A DNA stretch of 64,000 nt. Source: a virus. Lineage: Duplodnaviria; Heunggongvirae; Uroviricota; Caudoviricetes. The translations under genes were made by a program, and so were the position numbers. Positions 1-9,625 of the stretch are shown piece by piece (position 1 is the first letter of the stretch; each line of letters opens with the position of its first letter). The notes beneath the pieces are model-generated. The model ran no database searches. It was not told the DNA's origin and saw only the letters and a list, made by a program, of their open reading frames with translations. The stretch lies in IMG/VR virus record IMGVR_UViG_3300035696_000002; one strand, written 5' to 3'.

Positions 1-1683
1 GCCATACGCACGGGCGATCTGTTGCTTGTACGGTGATTGCTGGAATGGATCGGAAACACCTGTCCCGGTCGTATCGTCGATCTGGCTGATGGCAGAAATA
101 GATTGCGACACGCGAGCAAACCATTCGCGGACAGACATGTTCGACATTTCGATGGATGGCGGATCAACAACCACATCCCGCACTTCAGAACGCGGCGATA
201 GATCGAGTGTGGGCCGCTGCCGCATAATCTGCCCGATCATACGCCCAGCGATATCTTCCTTTTTCTGCAAGGCAAGGAAATCTGTGGGGCTGACGACCTT
301 CAAATTTACAAAACCGCAAGTAAGCGGGCCGTTCTGGATGGATTCGTAAACCGCGTTGGTGCCGGGGTCTTGAATGACTGTCGAGAACATCGCGTAGAAC
401 TCATCGGCGTTAACGGCTGTGAGCGGAATATCGACTGTGCTGTAGCTGACGTTCTCCACCGTCTGGGTGTTCGTCACAATAGTGGTCGAGACCACACTGG
501 AAGCGACACCAGTATCCGCAGTAGCGGGATACGTCCCCGAGTACACGAAGCTCGCAACAAATTGTGTGCTTGTCGCTGAACTGATAGTGACCGTTTGTCC
601 GTTTAGGAACGTTGCATTCGTCAGTCCGGCGAGGGTGACAACGGTGCCCTGCGAGAAAGTGCTGTTCGCAGTGATTGTCAGAATATTGTTTGATACCGCA
701 ACCTGAGTGATTAAAGCCGTGGGTACGGTATTCGTCGTGGTGGTGTTTTCCGCAATGACCACGGTTGAGGTGCTGCTGACATCACCGATCAAACCACCAT
801 ACTGGGTGAACGGAGGGTTGATGCCAGCCGGGTCAGTTGAGATCATGACGCGGACACCGACGAATCCGTTAAAATTTGGGGTTACCCATTGCAGCAAGCA
901 ATCGGTCTGATTCTTGAAGGCCTGAAGTCCTGTCGGGGGGCCGATGATCGTTGCAAGGCCGCTGGCGAAAAACAACAAGTTGAACTGAATCGTGGGTGTG
1001 ATTGCTGAGACGCCCAGATTGGCCCAGACAACAGAACCATCCGCTGTGGTAGCGGAAGCCTTCCCTGTGTCTGAGGTCGCCGGATAATCGTTGTGCAGGA
1101 ACCCGGCTGTAAATTGTGTGCCCGAAGCAGAGACAACGACCAAGGCCTGATTGTTCAGGAATGCCGCATTCGTCAGCCCAGTCAGAAGAACTGTCTGGCC
1201 AATCGAGAAGGTGTTGTTCGCGATAATCGTTACAACGTTGCTGGTAAGCGAAACATTTGTGATAACCGCAGGGGCGACAGCCGGGAATGCTGGCTGATTT
1301 GGCCCAGTGCCCGACTCGCCCGCCGTGATGACGCTCTCAACATAGCCGTTGTTGTCGATAAACGTGTAGCCGACAGCAAACTGCGTCAGCGGCGTCCATC
1401 GTCCGGCTGGGTTGTAGTTTCGGCCCACAATCGAGACTGAGGTCTCCTGCACCGTGGGAACCACAGCAATGCTGGTCGAATACTGATTTTCGCCACTAAC
1501 AACCGTAGGCGTCGTGAGAACGGTCAAAGCACCATAGGCCGAGATTTCAATGCGAGCCGTGTTCTCGTCAGCATTCAGAATGATCGGGAGTACGGTGGAG
1601 TCGATAGACAAGGTTCCACTGCCCACGGCGAGAACCGGGGTGACCAGTTGTAGCGGCGTCAATGTCACTTGCGGCGTAGGCAT
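1..1683 (-). CDS. Baseplate wedge protein, J/gp6-like, with N-terminal beta-rich domains (partial, runs off window start)
   Basis: Not in ORF track. ATG at 1683 overlaps the upstream TAA (TAATG). Starts MPTPQVTLTPLQLV; near the window edge reads IGQIMRQRPTLDLSPRSEVRDVVVDPPSIEMS, resembling baseplate-J N-termini; follows a gp25-like gene. Confidence 0.6.
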   Translation of the reverse strand, partial: MPTPQVTLTPLQLVTPVLAVGSGTLSIDSTVLPIILNADENTARIEISAYGALTVLTTPTVVSGENQYSTSIAVVPTVQETSVSIVGRNYNPAGRWTPLTQFAVGYTFIDNNGYVESVITAGESGTGPNQPAFPAVAPAVITNVSLTSNVVTIIANNTFSIGQTVLLTGLTNAAFLNNQALVVVSASGTQFTAGFLHNDYPATSDTGKASATTADGSVVWANLGVSAITPTIQFNLLFFASGLATIIGPPTGLQAFKNQTDCLLQWVTPNFNGFVGVRVMISTDPAGINPPFTQYGGLIGDVSSTSTVVIAENTTTTNTVPTALITQVAVSNNILTITANSTFSQGTVVTLAGLTNATFLNGQTVTISSATSTQFVASFVYSGTYPATADTGVASSVVSTTIVTNTQTVENVSYSTVDIPLTAVNADEFYAMFSTVIQDPGTNAVYESIQNGPLTCGFVNLKVVSPTDFLALQKKEDIAGRMIGQIMRQRPTLDLSPRSEVRDVVVDPPSIEMSNMSVREWFARVSQSISAISQIDDTTGTGVSDPFQQSPYKQQIARAYG

Positions 1684-2480
1684 TATTGGTTCATCCTCAA
1701 CGTGAGGTTAAGCGGGGCGGTCTGATTGGAGTAGTTGGAAACACTCACCGACAAGTTCACAGTCGTCGGATCGGTTGGGTCAACATTGGCTACCACGCTA
1801 ATCACGTCCTTTAGAATTTCATTCGGTTCAAGAGTCTGCACAGTCTGTTGTGCCTGCTGAACCTGCATCATCTGCGTCAAGGCATCTATCACCTGAGACT
1901 CGATGTCGCTCCCTGTAATGGAAATACCGAGTTTTCGGCCAACATAATTTTTGATGAGGCAGATGAATGTCGGGTAGAATGGGCACGTCGAAGTCAGAAT
2001 CCACTTGAAGCTTTTCTGTACCAGCTTCGTCGTTCCCGTAACGTGCAGCAAACTACCGGAATTTGCCTGCTTAAAATCATTCAACACACCCAGCGTGCTG
2101 CACTTCAGGCAATACCCCTGAAGCGTGATGTACGAAACCTCGATCAAAGGCAGTACGATACGCACAGGTTTGTTGAACACGATCTTGTAAAACTGGCCTG
2201 TGTTGTCCGTAGCAGCATCGGCCCGTAGCGGGTCGAGAACGAATGACCAACCATACGTCGGGTCGTTCTGCTGTACCTGCTCGTCGCTGATCCACATCTG
2301 CACGTTGCTTTGCCCGTTGATCGGGGCACGCATATTCAACACCGGATTCGAGGCGTAATGCAGCGTGCGGAAATTGGTGCTGTCAACGATGTACCGCTCA
2401 AAGCTCTGCTGATGGTCGCACGCACCGATAGGAGCATTCGTGAACGGGTCATTCGTTAGTACGTTCCAGTCGTAGCTCAT
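1683..2480 (-). CDS. Baseplate wedge subunit, gp25/gpW-like C-terminal domain
   Basis: 265 aa; CLKC motif then KLVQKSFKWILT...YPTF...DIESQVIDAL...EILKDVISVVANVDPTDPTTVNLSVSV; precedes J-like gene. Confidence 0.6.
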   Translation of the reverse strand: MSYDWNVLTNDPFTNAPIGACDHQQSFERYIVDSTNFRTLHYASNPVLNMRAPINGQSNVQMWISDEQVQQNDPTYGWSFVLDPLRADAATDNTGQFYKIVFNKPVRIVLPLIEVSYITLQGYCLKCSTLGVLNDFKQANSGSLLHVTGTTKLVQKSFKWILTSTCPFYPTFICLIKNYVGRKLGISITGSDIESQVIDALTQMMQVQQAQQTVQTLEPNEILKDVISVVANVDPTDPTTVNLSVSVSNYSNQTAPLNLTLRMNQ

Positions 2481-3148
2481 TACGTCTCGGTCGGCTCCTT
2501 AAGATTGATTGGCCCGCCCGGCGTTGTACGTGCAAACTGTTCATACTCATACTGTGTCGGGACATCCAATTGGTGGACACGGAACCGGGGCTGCGTCGTT
2601 CCGGTTGGGTACACATCCGATTGATCCATCACTAAAGCGGCTTGGTATTCTGGACTGCTGAAATAGCCGTTGATCTTTGTGATGAGTGCGGCGATGGAGT
2701 TGTCCGGGTGATTGAGAGCGTAGTAGGCTTTTTGAGCCTTATCCTCATTCTTTTCAATCAGATTGCGAAGCTGATTCATGTGGAAAACGCTTTCATCCTG
2801 ACGATTAAGCTGTTCCCGCATGTAGCCCTTGATTTTTCCCATGGCGACCATAGGGAGGTGGTCATCACGCCACGCATACCCGAGGTGCCCCTGCGGGCCG
2901 GGCTTCCACGCCTGCTTTTGAAGTGTCGGGGCCAGCTTATCATCGTTGATGTTGGCGTAGTAATTCTCAAGGACGCCAGCCGTCTTACGAAGCTGCTGGG
3001 CTCTGATCTGGTAGTGAAGCTGGATCGCAGGAAAGTTTTTGGTGCGAGCGTTTACCCACGCATTGAACGCTTGCTGCTGAGTCGTGCAGAAATGTCCAAG
3101 GAAGTTGAACGGAGGCCCTGTATAGCCGTATTTGAACCCATTACCCAC
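2480..3148 (-). CDS. Hypothetical protein (virion module)
   Basis: 222 aa ORF with GAGGGAG RBS, coupled to downstream gene. Confidence 0.6.
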   Translation of the reverse strand: MGNGFKYGYTGPPFNFLGHFCTTQQQAFNAWVNARTKNFPAIQLHYQIRAQQLRKTAGVLENYYANINDDKLAPTLQKQAWKPGPQGHLGYAWRDDHLPMVAMGKIKGYMREQLNRQDESVFHMNQLRNLIEKNEDKAQKAYYALNHPDNSIAALITKINGYFSSPEYQAALVMDQSDVYPTGTTQPRFRVHQLDVPTQYEYEQFARTTPGGPINLKEPTET

Positions 3149-3160
3149 ACATTCTCCCTC

Positions 3161-6121
3161 TTATGCTACCGTCGTAACGTTGTGCACAACCAGACCATTC
3201 GCGAGCGTGTAGCTGTGCTCCGTGTCGAGTGCGGTACCGTCATCATCTGGATCGCAAGTGATGTGCAGATTATGAATCGTGCCCTTGTAGTGAACAACCG
3301 GGAATCTATCCAAATCCTGCATAGGCTTCCATGCCCCGTTGTCCTTCACGTGATGAGTTGTGGTAGAAAGTTCTCCATCACCCATATCGAGCATCAGTCC
3401 GTCCCACTTGAGGCTTGTGACGTACTCGACAACGCCCCATGTACCGCGTGCAGTTGGCACCAAATCACCGGGCTTAACGTCGATGATCGCGAGATCGCCG
3501 CGTTGAGTTTTGACCTTGGTGTTCGGGCTGAAGCAGACCGCAGCCTTGTTGTGTGCGATGTCGCCGTTCCAAAGAATGTAGTGCTTGTCTTCCGGGTTAG
3601 CCGACAACACGTGAGCGTTGTAGACCGTGCCCTCGAACCACACACGATTCGCTGTCGGATATTTCTCTTCGGCAGTAAGCCATTCGGTGCCGACCTTCAT
3701 CTCGTGATCGAGCGTGACGAGCTTACCGGGGGCAATTTCCAACATCCAGCCTTTGTAGTTTTCGTGGACAAGGAGTTGTGCCCAGTGAGTGCCTGTCTCG
3801 TTCACAAGCTCAAACTTTTCGGGCAGCGAAGCGAGTTCCACATCCCCGTAAGGTGTCTGAATTGCGACATTACCTGTGAAGCACGTGATAATAATCACTG
3901 GAGCGGAGTATAGTGTCGTGCTGAACCAAGGATCAGGAACGGTGTGCAATCCGCTTGCCTGATCGGTGACACTGAATCCGAGGTAGAAGCTCGCATCACC
4001 GTCAACAACGGCTACCGAACCCGTGAACGTCTTGAAATAGACGGTCTTCCCGGAGATGGTTCCGGTACTGCTGTTTGTCAACGTACCTGCCCCAAGCGAT
4101 GTAGTAGTTGAGCCTACCTTCTTTTGGAAGGTGAGAACAACGTTGTCATTCGTGGTGGTATAAATTTGTGCCGTAATCGCAGTTGAACCCGCAGGCAGAG
4201 ACGGCCCGGCTGGAGTCGTGGAGAAAGCGTACTCGACTGGATTCGTGAAACTGGTTCCGGTCAAAACGATGGTGCCCGGAATCGGCGTGGTGCCGGGGTA
4301 CGGGTTTCCAGTAGTGAAGGTGTTGCCGCTCAAATAAGTCAGTGTGCCAGAGAACGACACGGACGCCGTAGAATTGACGTTCGTAGAAGACACAGGGGCG
4401 GTTACGTTCACGTTGTAGCCAGTGATGAAGCCGCTGGATACAATCGGCGTCACGGAGGTGACTGAGATACCACCCGTGAAAGTGAACGTCGGGTTAATCG
4501 AGTTGTTGACACCGTACTGGCTCGCCCCCTGCTGCTGCGGGGAGATCGGCTTGGCCAGAGTTGCGACGAATGTCTTTGCTCCGCCGTCAGCCGCGAGGCC
4601 AGTCAGTGGCGAAATGCTGGTGATTACAGGCTTGACCATGTAATCGACGTTAATCTGGTAGAGCACACCACCAGTGCCACTCGACGGAGTGAATAGATCG
4701 AATGTGGCAGGGTTTGATCCAGCCGCAGGGCTGTACCACGCAATGTCATCTTGCTGAATGCTCAGAAGAGTGGAGGCCGTCCCGGAGACGAATGCCCCAC
4801 CATTATAGGCAAGGTTGAAGGCCGAACCTACAGCGGTCACAGCAAACAAACCGTTCCATGCGTTGTTATCAACACCAGAAACGCTGATGACCTTGCTCGT
4901 GGCGGCTGCGGTCAAATTCACTGCACCACCGGGGAATGCTGGCAGAGAGTATGTGTTCAACGTTGGACTGTTGTAGACATTGAGATTTCCCGCTGTTCCC
5001 TCATACACCGGAATGTACGACTGCGTGGCGTAGTGGATGTTCTGCACCGTGACAGTCATCGTGTAGCTGGTGCCCTGCAACGACACAACACCGCCAGTCG
5101 GGGTCAACAGCAGGTTGCCGCTTCCCGGACTGCTAACAGGAGGAACACTCACAATTGAAACTGGGAAGAAGGTCGGCGTTCCAGCAACGTTATCGCCTTC
5201 ATTGTTGTACTGAGTCTGCTGCCCGGCGAGGTATGTAAGCTGGAAATAACCGTTGTTGTCGCCGCTGAACTGCACCGGATTACGCTGGTTGTAAACGATC
5301 TCGATTGGGTACTTGCCCGCGACCGGGAAGTTGATGTACGAACCACGAGTGCCGCCGTACAAGCCGGGGTCTTCGTTGTTCGCACCCATCAGCACGCTGC
5401 TGGTCGGAGTCTGGGCATTCCAGAAAGCAGTGTTCGGCCCAGTACCCGGAAATGGGTTGGCTCCTCCGTTTACGATCTGGTTGGTTGAAAGCAGGGTCGC
5501 TCCGCCGCCGATCCAGAAGGCACACTGGCTGACGTTTGCGAAAACCATGTAGACGGTATAAGTGCCCGGCGTCTTGACGACGAGTTGGCCCGTCATATCG
5601 AGGATGAATGGGTTGCCTGTGCTACCTGATCCCGACCCCGGAATCGGGAGGCTGCTCGCATACTGGCCAGTTGCAGTCTGTTCAACGAAAACAGCAGGAA
5701 TCAATTTGTAACCGCCGCCCGGCCCAATGTTGGTCGGCTGACTGTTGAATCCGTTGATCGGCGTGTTCTGATCGACTTGGTTGATGACGCAGGAATTCGC
5801 CGTCAGTGTGCCTTGTAAGCCCCCACCGAACCCGGCCCAGCCCGGAACCTGCCCGGAGTTGCCGTAGACGGACACAGCCAACGGGCCGATGGCAATCGCA
5901 CCATTGACCTGCTGCCACGCCAGTTCGGCGTTATTCGAGGTGAGATTCGAACCAGCGATGGTCGCCGACGCCTGATAGGTGTCCGTACCCGCGTTGGTGC
6001 CCGTGAACGCAACCGTGCCTGTGCCGCTGCCGTTCGTTGGGCTTACGTTGATCTGGATAGTCTTGGTCGCCCCTGCGTTGGCTCCCGACTTATCCGTTAT
6101 TGTAATCGTCTCAATTGGCAT
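3161..6121 (-). CDS. Tail fibre/adhesin-like protein with PA14-like region and two tandem C-terminal Hint domains
   Basis: 986 aa G/S/T/N-rich; MTGQLVVKTPGTYTVY...AGKYPIEIVYNQ (PA14-like); Hint1 CFTGN..TLDH..AHN and Hint2 CFSPN..TTTH..VVHN. Confidence 0.75.
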   Translation of the reverse strand: MPIETITITDKSGANAGATKTIQINVSPTNGSGTGTVAFTGTNAGTDTYQASATIAGSNLTSNNAELAWQQVNGAIAIGPLAVSVYGNSGQVPGWAGFGGGLQGTLTANSCVINQVDQNTPINGFNSQPTNIGPGGGYKLIPAVFVEQTATGQYASSLPIPGSGSGSTGNPFILDMTGQLVVKTPGTYTVYMVFANVSQCAFWIGGGATLLSTNQIVNGGANPFPGTGPNTAFWNAQTPTSSVLMGANNEDPGLYGGTRGSYINFPVAGKYPIEIVYNQRNPVQFSGDNNGYFQLTYLAGQQTQYNNEGDNVAGTPTFFPVSIVSVPPVSSPGSGNLLLTPTGGVVSLQGTSYTMTVTVQNIHYATQSYIPVYEGTAGNLNVYNSPTLNTYSLPAFPGGAVNLTAAATSKVISVSGVDNNAWNGLFAVTAVGSAFNLAYNGGAFVSGTASTLLSIQQDDIAWYSPAAGSNPATFDLFTPSSGTGGVLYQINVDYMVKPVITSISPLTGLAADGGAKTFVATLAKPISPQQQGASQYGVNNSINPTFTFTGGISVTSVTPIVSSGFITGYNVNVTAPVSSTNVNSTASVSFSGTLTYLSGNTFTTGNPYPGTTPIPGTIVLTGTSFTNPVEYAFSTTPAGPSLPAGSTAITAQIYTTTNDNVVLTFQKKVGSTTTSLGAGTLTNSSTGTISGKTVYFKTFTGSVAVVDGDASFYLGFSVTDQASGLHTVPDPWFSTTLYSAPVIIITCFTGNVAIQTPYGDVELASLPEKFELVNETGTHWAQLLVHENYKGWMLEIAPGKLVTLDHEMKVGTEWLTAEEKYPTANRVWFEGTVYNAHVLSANPEDKHYILWNGDIAHNKAAVCFSPNTKVKTQRGDLAIIDVKPGDLVPTARGTWGVVEYVTSLKWDGLMLDMGDGELSTTTHHVKDNGAWKPMQDLDRFPVVHYKGTIHNLHITCDPDDDGTALDTEHSYTLANGLVVHNVTTVA

Positions 6122-6130
6122 CTTTAGTCC

Positions 6131-9100
6131 TTACTGACCCGGAATCAATTGTGTTGGAATCGGGTTAGTGGCCGCTAGGCGAATAGCGGTATCGCTATAG
6201 ACCCTCCACTTGAAGGAACCCGTAACGTTTACACCCGAATCCGTTACCGAAAGGGATAGGGTGTTGTCTCCAATGACTCCTGAGGAGAAACTACCGTTCA
6301 ATTCAATCAAACATGTGCCAGTACCCGTATCCAAACCACCGGACGGGATTGACGCCGTAATGCCTGACGTTCCAACCGAAAGGGTGATCTGGCTCGGGTT
6401 GGTGGAAACAACCCCCGTGGCGACGACGAAGAATGAGTCGTTTGGACGCGGCGTGATCGAACTCACGCTGCCCTGTGCCACGAAGCCGATGTATCCATAG
6501 TTCGTGCTGTCCACGTAATCCGGCCCGGCCTGAAGCGTAAGCCCGGCGATGACCTGCAAGTTCAAGCTCTTGTCCACGTGAGCACCGATGTTGTCAGTGA
6601 CACGGAAGATGATCGGCTTATTGAAGCCAGTCAGACTCGTAGTACCTGTGATCGCACCCGTCGATGGATTCAATGCAAGGCCCGTGGGCAGGTTGTTTGC
6701 CGAGGACGGGGAGATCGACCATGTGTACGGAGTCGTACCACCAGTTGCAGCCAGCGTAAGCGAGTACGGACGGCCCGAGGTTGCGTTCGGCAATGTAGCC
6801 GTCGTAATAGTCAACGACGAGGACTGAATCTGGAATTGCAAAGTTGCTGATGCAGTATCCGCAGGTGACAGAGCATCCGCGACGTGCACGGTAAGCTGTC
6901 CGGTGTACGCGGCTGGCGGGTTCGCGGCCAGCAACAGACCTGAACTGGAGATTGAAATTGTGGCCAAATCTCCTGCGGGCAGTGCCGGATTGAAATCGCC
7001 TGCGACGACGTTCGACCACACGAACGGCTGCACCAGTGCAGGCTGACCGTTGCTGGTTGCCGTAAGCTGTGTCGAAGTTGAAGCCCCGATAATCGCGGGC
7101 GGTAGCGTCGTTGTCGTCACCTTCAGACTGCTCGTGGTTGTCAACAGCAGAATAGCCTGAGCAGAGTTTCCGTTCTTGTCCACCGCAATGACCTTCACCG
7201 CGAGAGGATTGCTTGGCGGAATCTGTCCGGTGTATACGCCAGAGATGGTTGCAGTCTGACCATTGTTTGTTGCAGTCGCCTGAAGCACCAAGCCTGCCGG
7301 AAGCGGGTTTGGTGAGTCTGACGTAACCTGCCACGACACTGGCGTAGTGTACGGGCCAGACAACGACAAGGTACCAAGATACGAAGCACCACGATCAATC
7401 GGGCCGACGCCACTGGTGACGATGAGCATGCCTGTAGCAGACCCGGTCTGTAGGGTGTACGTCTGTGTTGCAGTGTGTACCCCGGAATCGTGCACAGTGA
7501 CTTGCAATGGCGTGGTGAATCCAGTCACGCTGGTCACACCTGAGAACACGCCCGTCGAACCGTCGAAAGCGATGCCCGACAACCCAGCAATCGGGAAAGT
7601 CGGCACGGTCGTCCACGTATAGGGCGGTGTTCCACCAATCGCCGTCATGGCGAACGTGTAGCTCTGCCCCGGAACAATCGTCGGGATAGCCTGTGTCGTA
7701 ATCGTCAACGTATCATTGACGGCAACAGTCAGAACGGCCTGCGTCGAAGCTCCACGAACATCCGTGAGGATGAATGTGTCGTTTTCCGTGGTCGTATCCG
7801 GTGCAGTCGTTGTGCCGGAGATCAGGCCACTGGAACTCAGAGTCAGTCCGGGGAACGTTGGGTTCAGACCGCCCGGCCACTGTGGCGAAGACCAAGTGTA
7901 CGGCTGAATGCCGCCTGTGCCTTGTAGCAAGAACGAGTAGGGAACCCCCGTGATGAGTGTAGGAATCTGCGTGGTTACGATGCTCAACGGGCTCACGTAG
8001 TCCACAAAGAGACGGTGATACAAGTACGAATGGTGCCCGTTTGTGTCGGGAACGTTGAACCACAGATCGAAGTACCCAGCCTCAGTCGGGGTGCCAACGA
8101 TGTCGATACCCAGACCCGAGATGTCCACCTGAAGTGTCAAGCCCTGTGGCAGGCTGCCGTACAGGAGCGTGGGCGGAGCCAGCGGCACTGTGGCCGAGGA
8201 CACCAAGGCATTCGTTCCGTTGATCGGGGCACCAATCTGCGGAGCAGGCGTGATGTTGTTGATGTTGTCGATCAACAGGTAGTCGTTGCTGACTGTCGTC
8301 CAGTTGATTGTGACTGTGCCGTGAACCGTGCCAGTTGAATCAATATACTGAATGGTGCTCTGGGGAACTCCGGTGCCGACAAGCGTGCCGTAGATCAAGC
8401 CAGTGTTGGAGTCCAGTGAGAGACCGGGCGGCAAGGACGAGCCCGGAGCCACGATGACACTGTAGGCCGTGTTCTTCGCAATGTTTGGCGAGTTGAAATA
8501 TGGCTTCTGGGGATTCAACCCAACGAAATCGCCGACCACATACGGACGAGTGTAGGTGTTGACGATTCCAAGATCGCCGGGGACTGCCTGATCGTCGTGG
8601 CACACGAAGGTGTACTCGCGGGAGACCTGTCCCACGTTGACGCTGCCCTGCTGGAGAACGAGCGGGATGCGGAACTGTGAGTTGCGGAACGTCGAACTCA
8701 GGGCTGGCGGATTCCCCGGAGGCCCAGCAACTTCGACGATTTGGTTGACGTTATCGACCGAAACCGTTAGACCGTTCGGTAGCACAACAGGCTGCTGCGG
8801 TGCCAGAGTCAAACCGTTGAAATTTCCAACGACTGGGAAAATGATCGAAGTCGTATCGTTGTAGTCCCAGTAGTGATCGAAGAAAGCCTCTTCGATTCGG
8901 ATGCTGCTTACGGTCGGCTGCACCTGATAACTGAACTGCTGGTTCACCGTTGTACTGTTTGAGTCGCTGGCAGTCAGAGTGAACGTGTGAGTCCCGGTCT
9001 GAAGATCGTTCGGGTCTACCATGACCTCGACCTGACCATCCACCAGCTTCACAGCCTGTGTGGCAGGAACCTGAATCACGAGAACCTTGGATACCGAATT

Positions 9101-9610
9101 GTTCAAAGCATCGGTCGCCTTGACACCAATTGTCCACGAACCGACTACCGGGATGGAGAAGTTCAATGTGCTTCCGCCAGTACCCGTGAGCGAGGCTTGT
9201 GTAACGCCCGGCATCGTCGTCGCACTCTGAATGATCGTCCACGTAATCGGGGTCACACCGCCGCTGGAAAGCAACGGCATGGAAACCGCGAGCGGGAACG
9301 CTGCGGGCTCGTAGTTCTGACTGGTGTTCAGGATGTTGAAGATGCCCGGATCGACCACAACAACATTGATGATGCTGTCGTCGATATTCGATGCAGTGTC
9401 AATAAGCTGGAAATGCACCGTGTAAGTGCCCGGAGAGACCCCAGCCGCATTCAAAGTGAACTGTAACGGGCCATTCTGCGTGACCGTGCCGCCAGCAGGG
9501 ATGAACGTCGTGTTGTACGGCGGGTCAGGCGGAGACACTACGACGGCATGGTATGGGGCTGTTCCACCCACTCCGGTCAGCGTAATCGTCGTTTGTGTAA
9601 GAGGCGGCAT
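6131..9610 (-). CDS. Ig-like (He_PIG-type) repeat virion protein
   Basis: 1159 aa; repeated LxATGGxxPYTWS...LPxGLxLxxxTGxISGT units. Confidence 0.8.
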   Translation of the reverse strand: MPPLTQTTITLTGVGGTAPYHAVVVSPPDPPYNTTFIPAGGTVTQNGPLQFTLNAAGVSPGTYTVHFQLIDTASNIDDSIINVVVVDPGIFNILNTSQNYEPAAFPLAVSMPLLSSGGVTPITWTIIQSATTMPGVTQASLTGTGGSTLNFSIPVVGSWTIGVKATDALNNSVSKVLVIQVPATQAVKLVDGQVEVMVDPNDLQTGTHTFTLTASDSNSTTVNQQFSYQVQPTVSSIRIEEAFFDHYWDYNDTTSIIFPVVGNFNGLTLAPQQPVVLPNGLTVSVDNVNQIVEVAGPPGNPPALSSTFRNSQFRIPLVLQQGSVNVGQVSREYTFVCHDDQAVPGDLGIVNTYTRPYVVGDFVGLNPQKPYFNSPNIAKNTAYSVIVAPGSSLPPGLSLDSNTGLIYGTLVGTGVPQSTIQYIDSTGTVHGTVTINWTTVSNDYLLIDNINNITPAPQIGAPINGTNALVSSATVPLAPPTLLYGSLPQGLTLQVDISGLGIDIVGTPTEAGYFDLWFNVPDTNGHHSYLYHRLFVDYVSPLSIVTTQIPTLITGVPYSFLLQGTGGIQPYTWSSPQWPGGLNPTFPGLTLSSSGLISGTTTAPDTTTENDTFILTDVRGASTQAVLTVAVNDTLTITTQAIPTIVPGQSYTFAMTAIGGTPPYTWTTVPTFPIAGLSGIAFDGSTGVFSGVTSVTGFTTPLQVTVHDSGVHTATQTYTLQTGSATGMLIVTSGVGPIDRGASYLGTLSLSGPYTTPVSWQVTSDSPNPLPAGLVLQATATNNGQTATISGVYTGQIPPSNPLAVKVIAVDKNGNSAQAILLLTTTSSLKVTTTTLPPAIIGASTSTQLTATSNGQPALVQPFVWSNVVAGDFNPALPAGDLATISISSSGLLLAANPPAAYTGQLTVHVADALSPADTASATLQFQIQSSSLTITTATLPNATSGRPYSLTLAATGGTTPYTWSISPSSANNLPTGLALNPSTGAITGTTSLTGFNKPIIFRVTDNIGAHVDKSLNLQVIAGLTLQAGPDYVDSTNYGYIGFVAQGSVSSITPRPNDSFFVVATGVVSTNPSQITLSVGTSGITASIPSGGLDTGTGTCLIELNGSFSSGVIGDNTLSLSVTDSGVNVTGSFKWRVYSDTAIRLAATNPIPTQLIPGQ

Positions 9611-9625
9611 CTATTTATTCAGTCC

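Noticed and set aside
2642-3913. 423-aa plus-strand ORF and similar long antisense ORFs (16207..17067, 18757..19656, 59704..60798)
   Set aside because: Shadow frames opposite well-supported genes, expected from codon bias in GC-rich DNA
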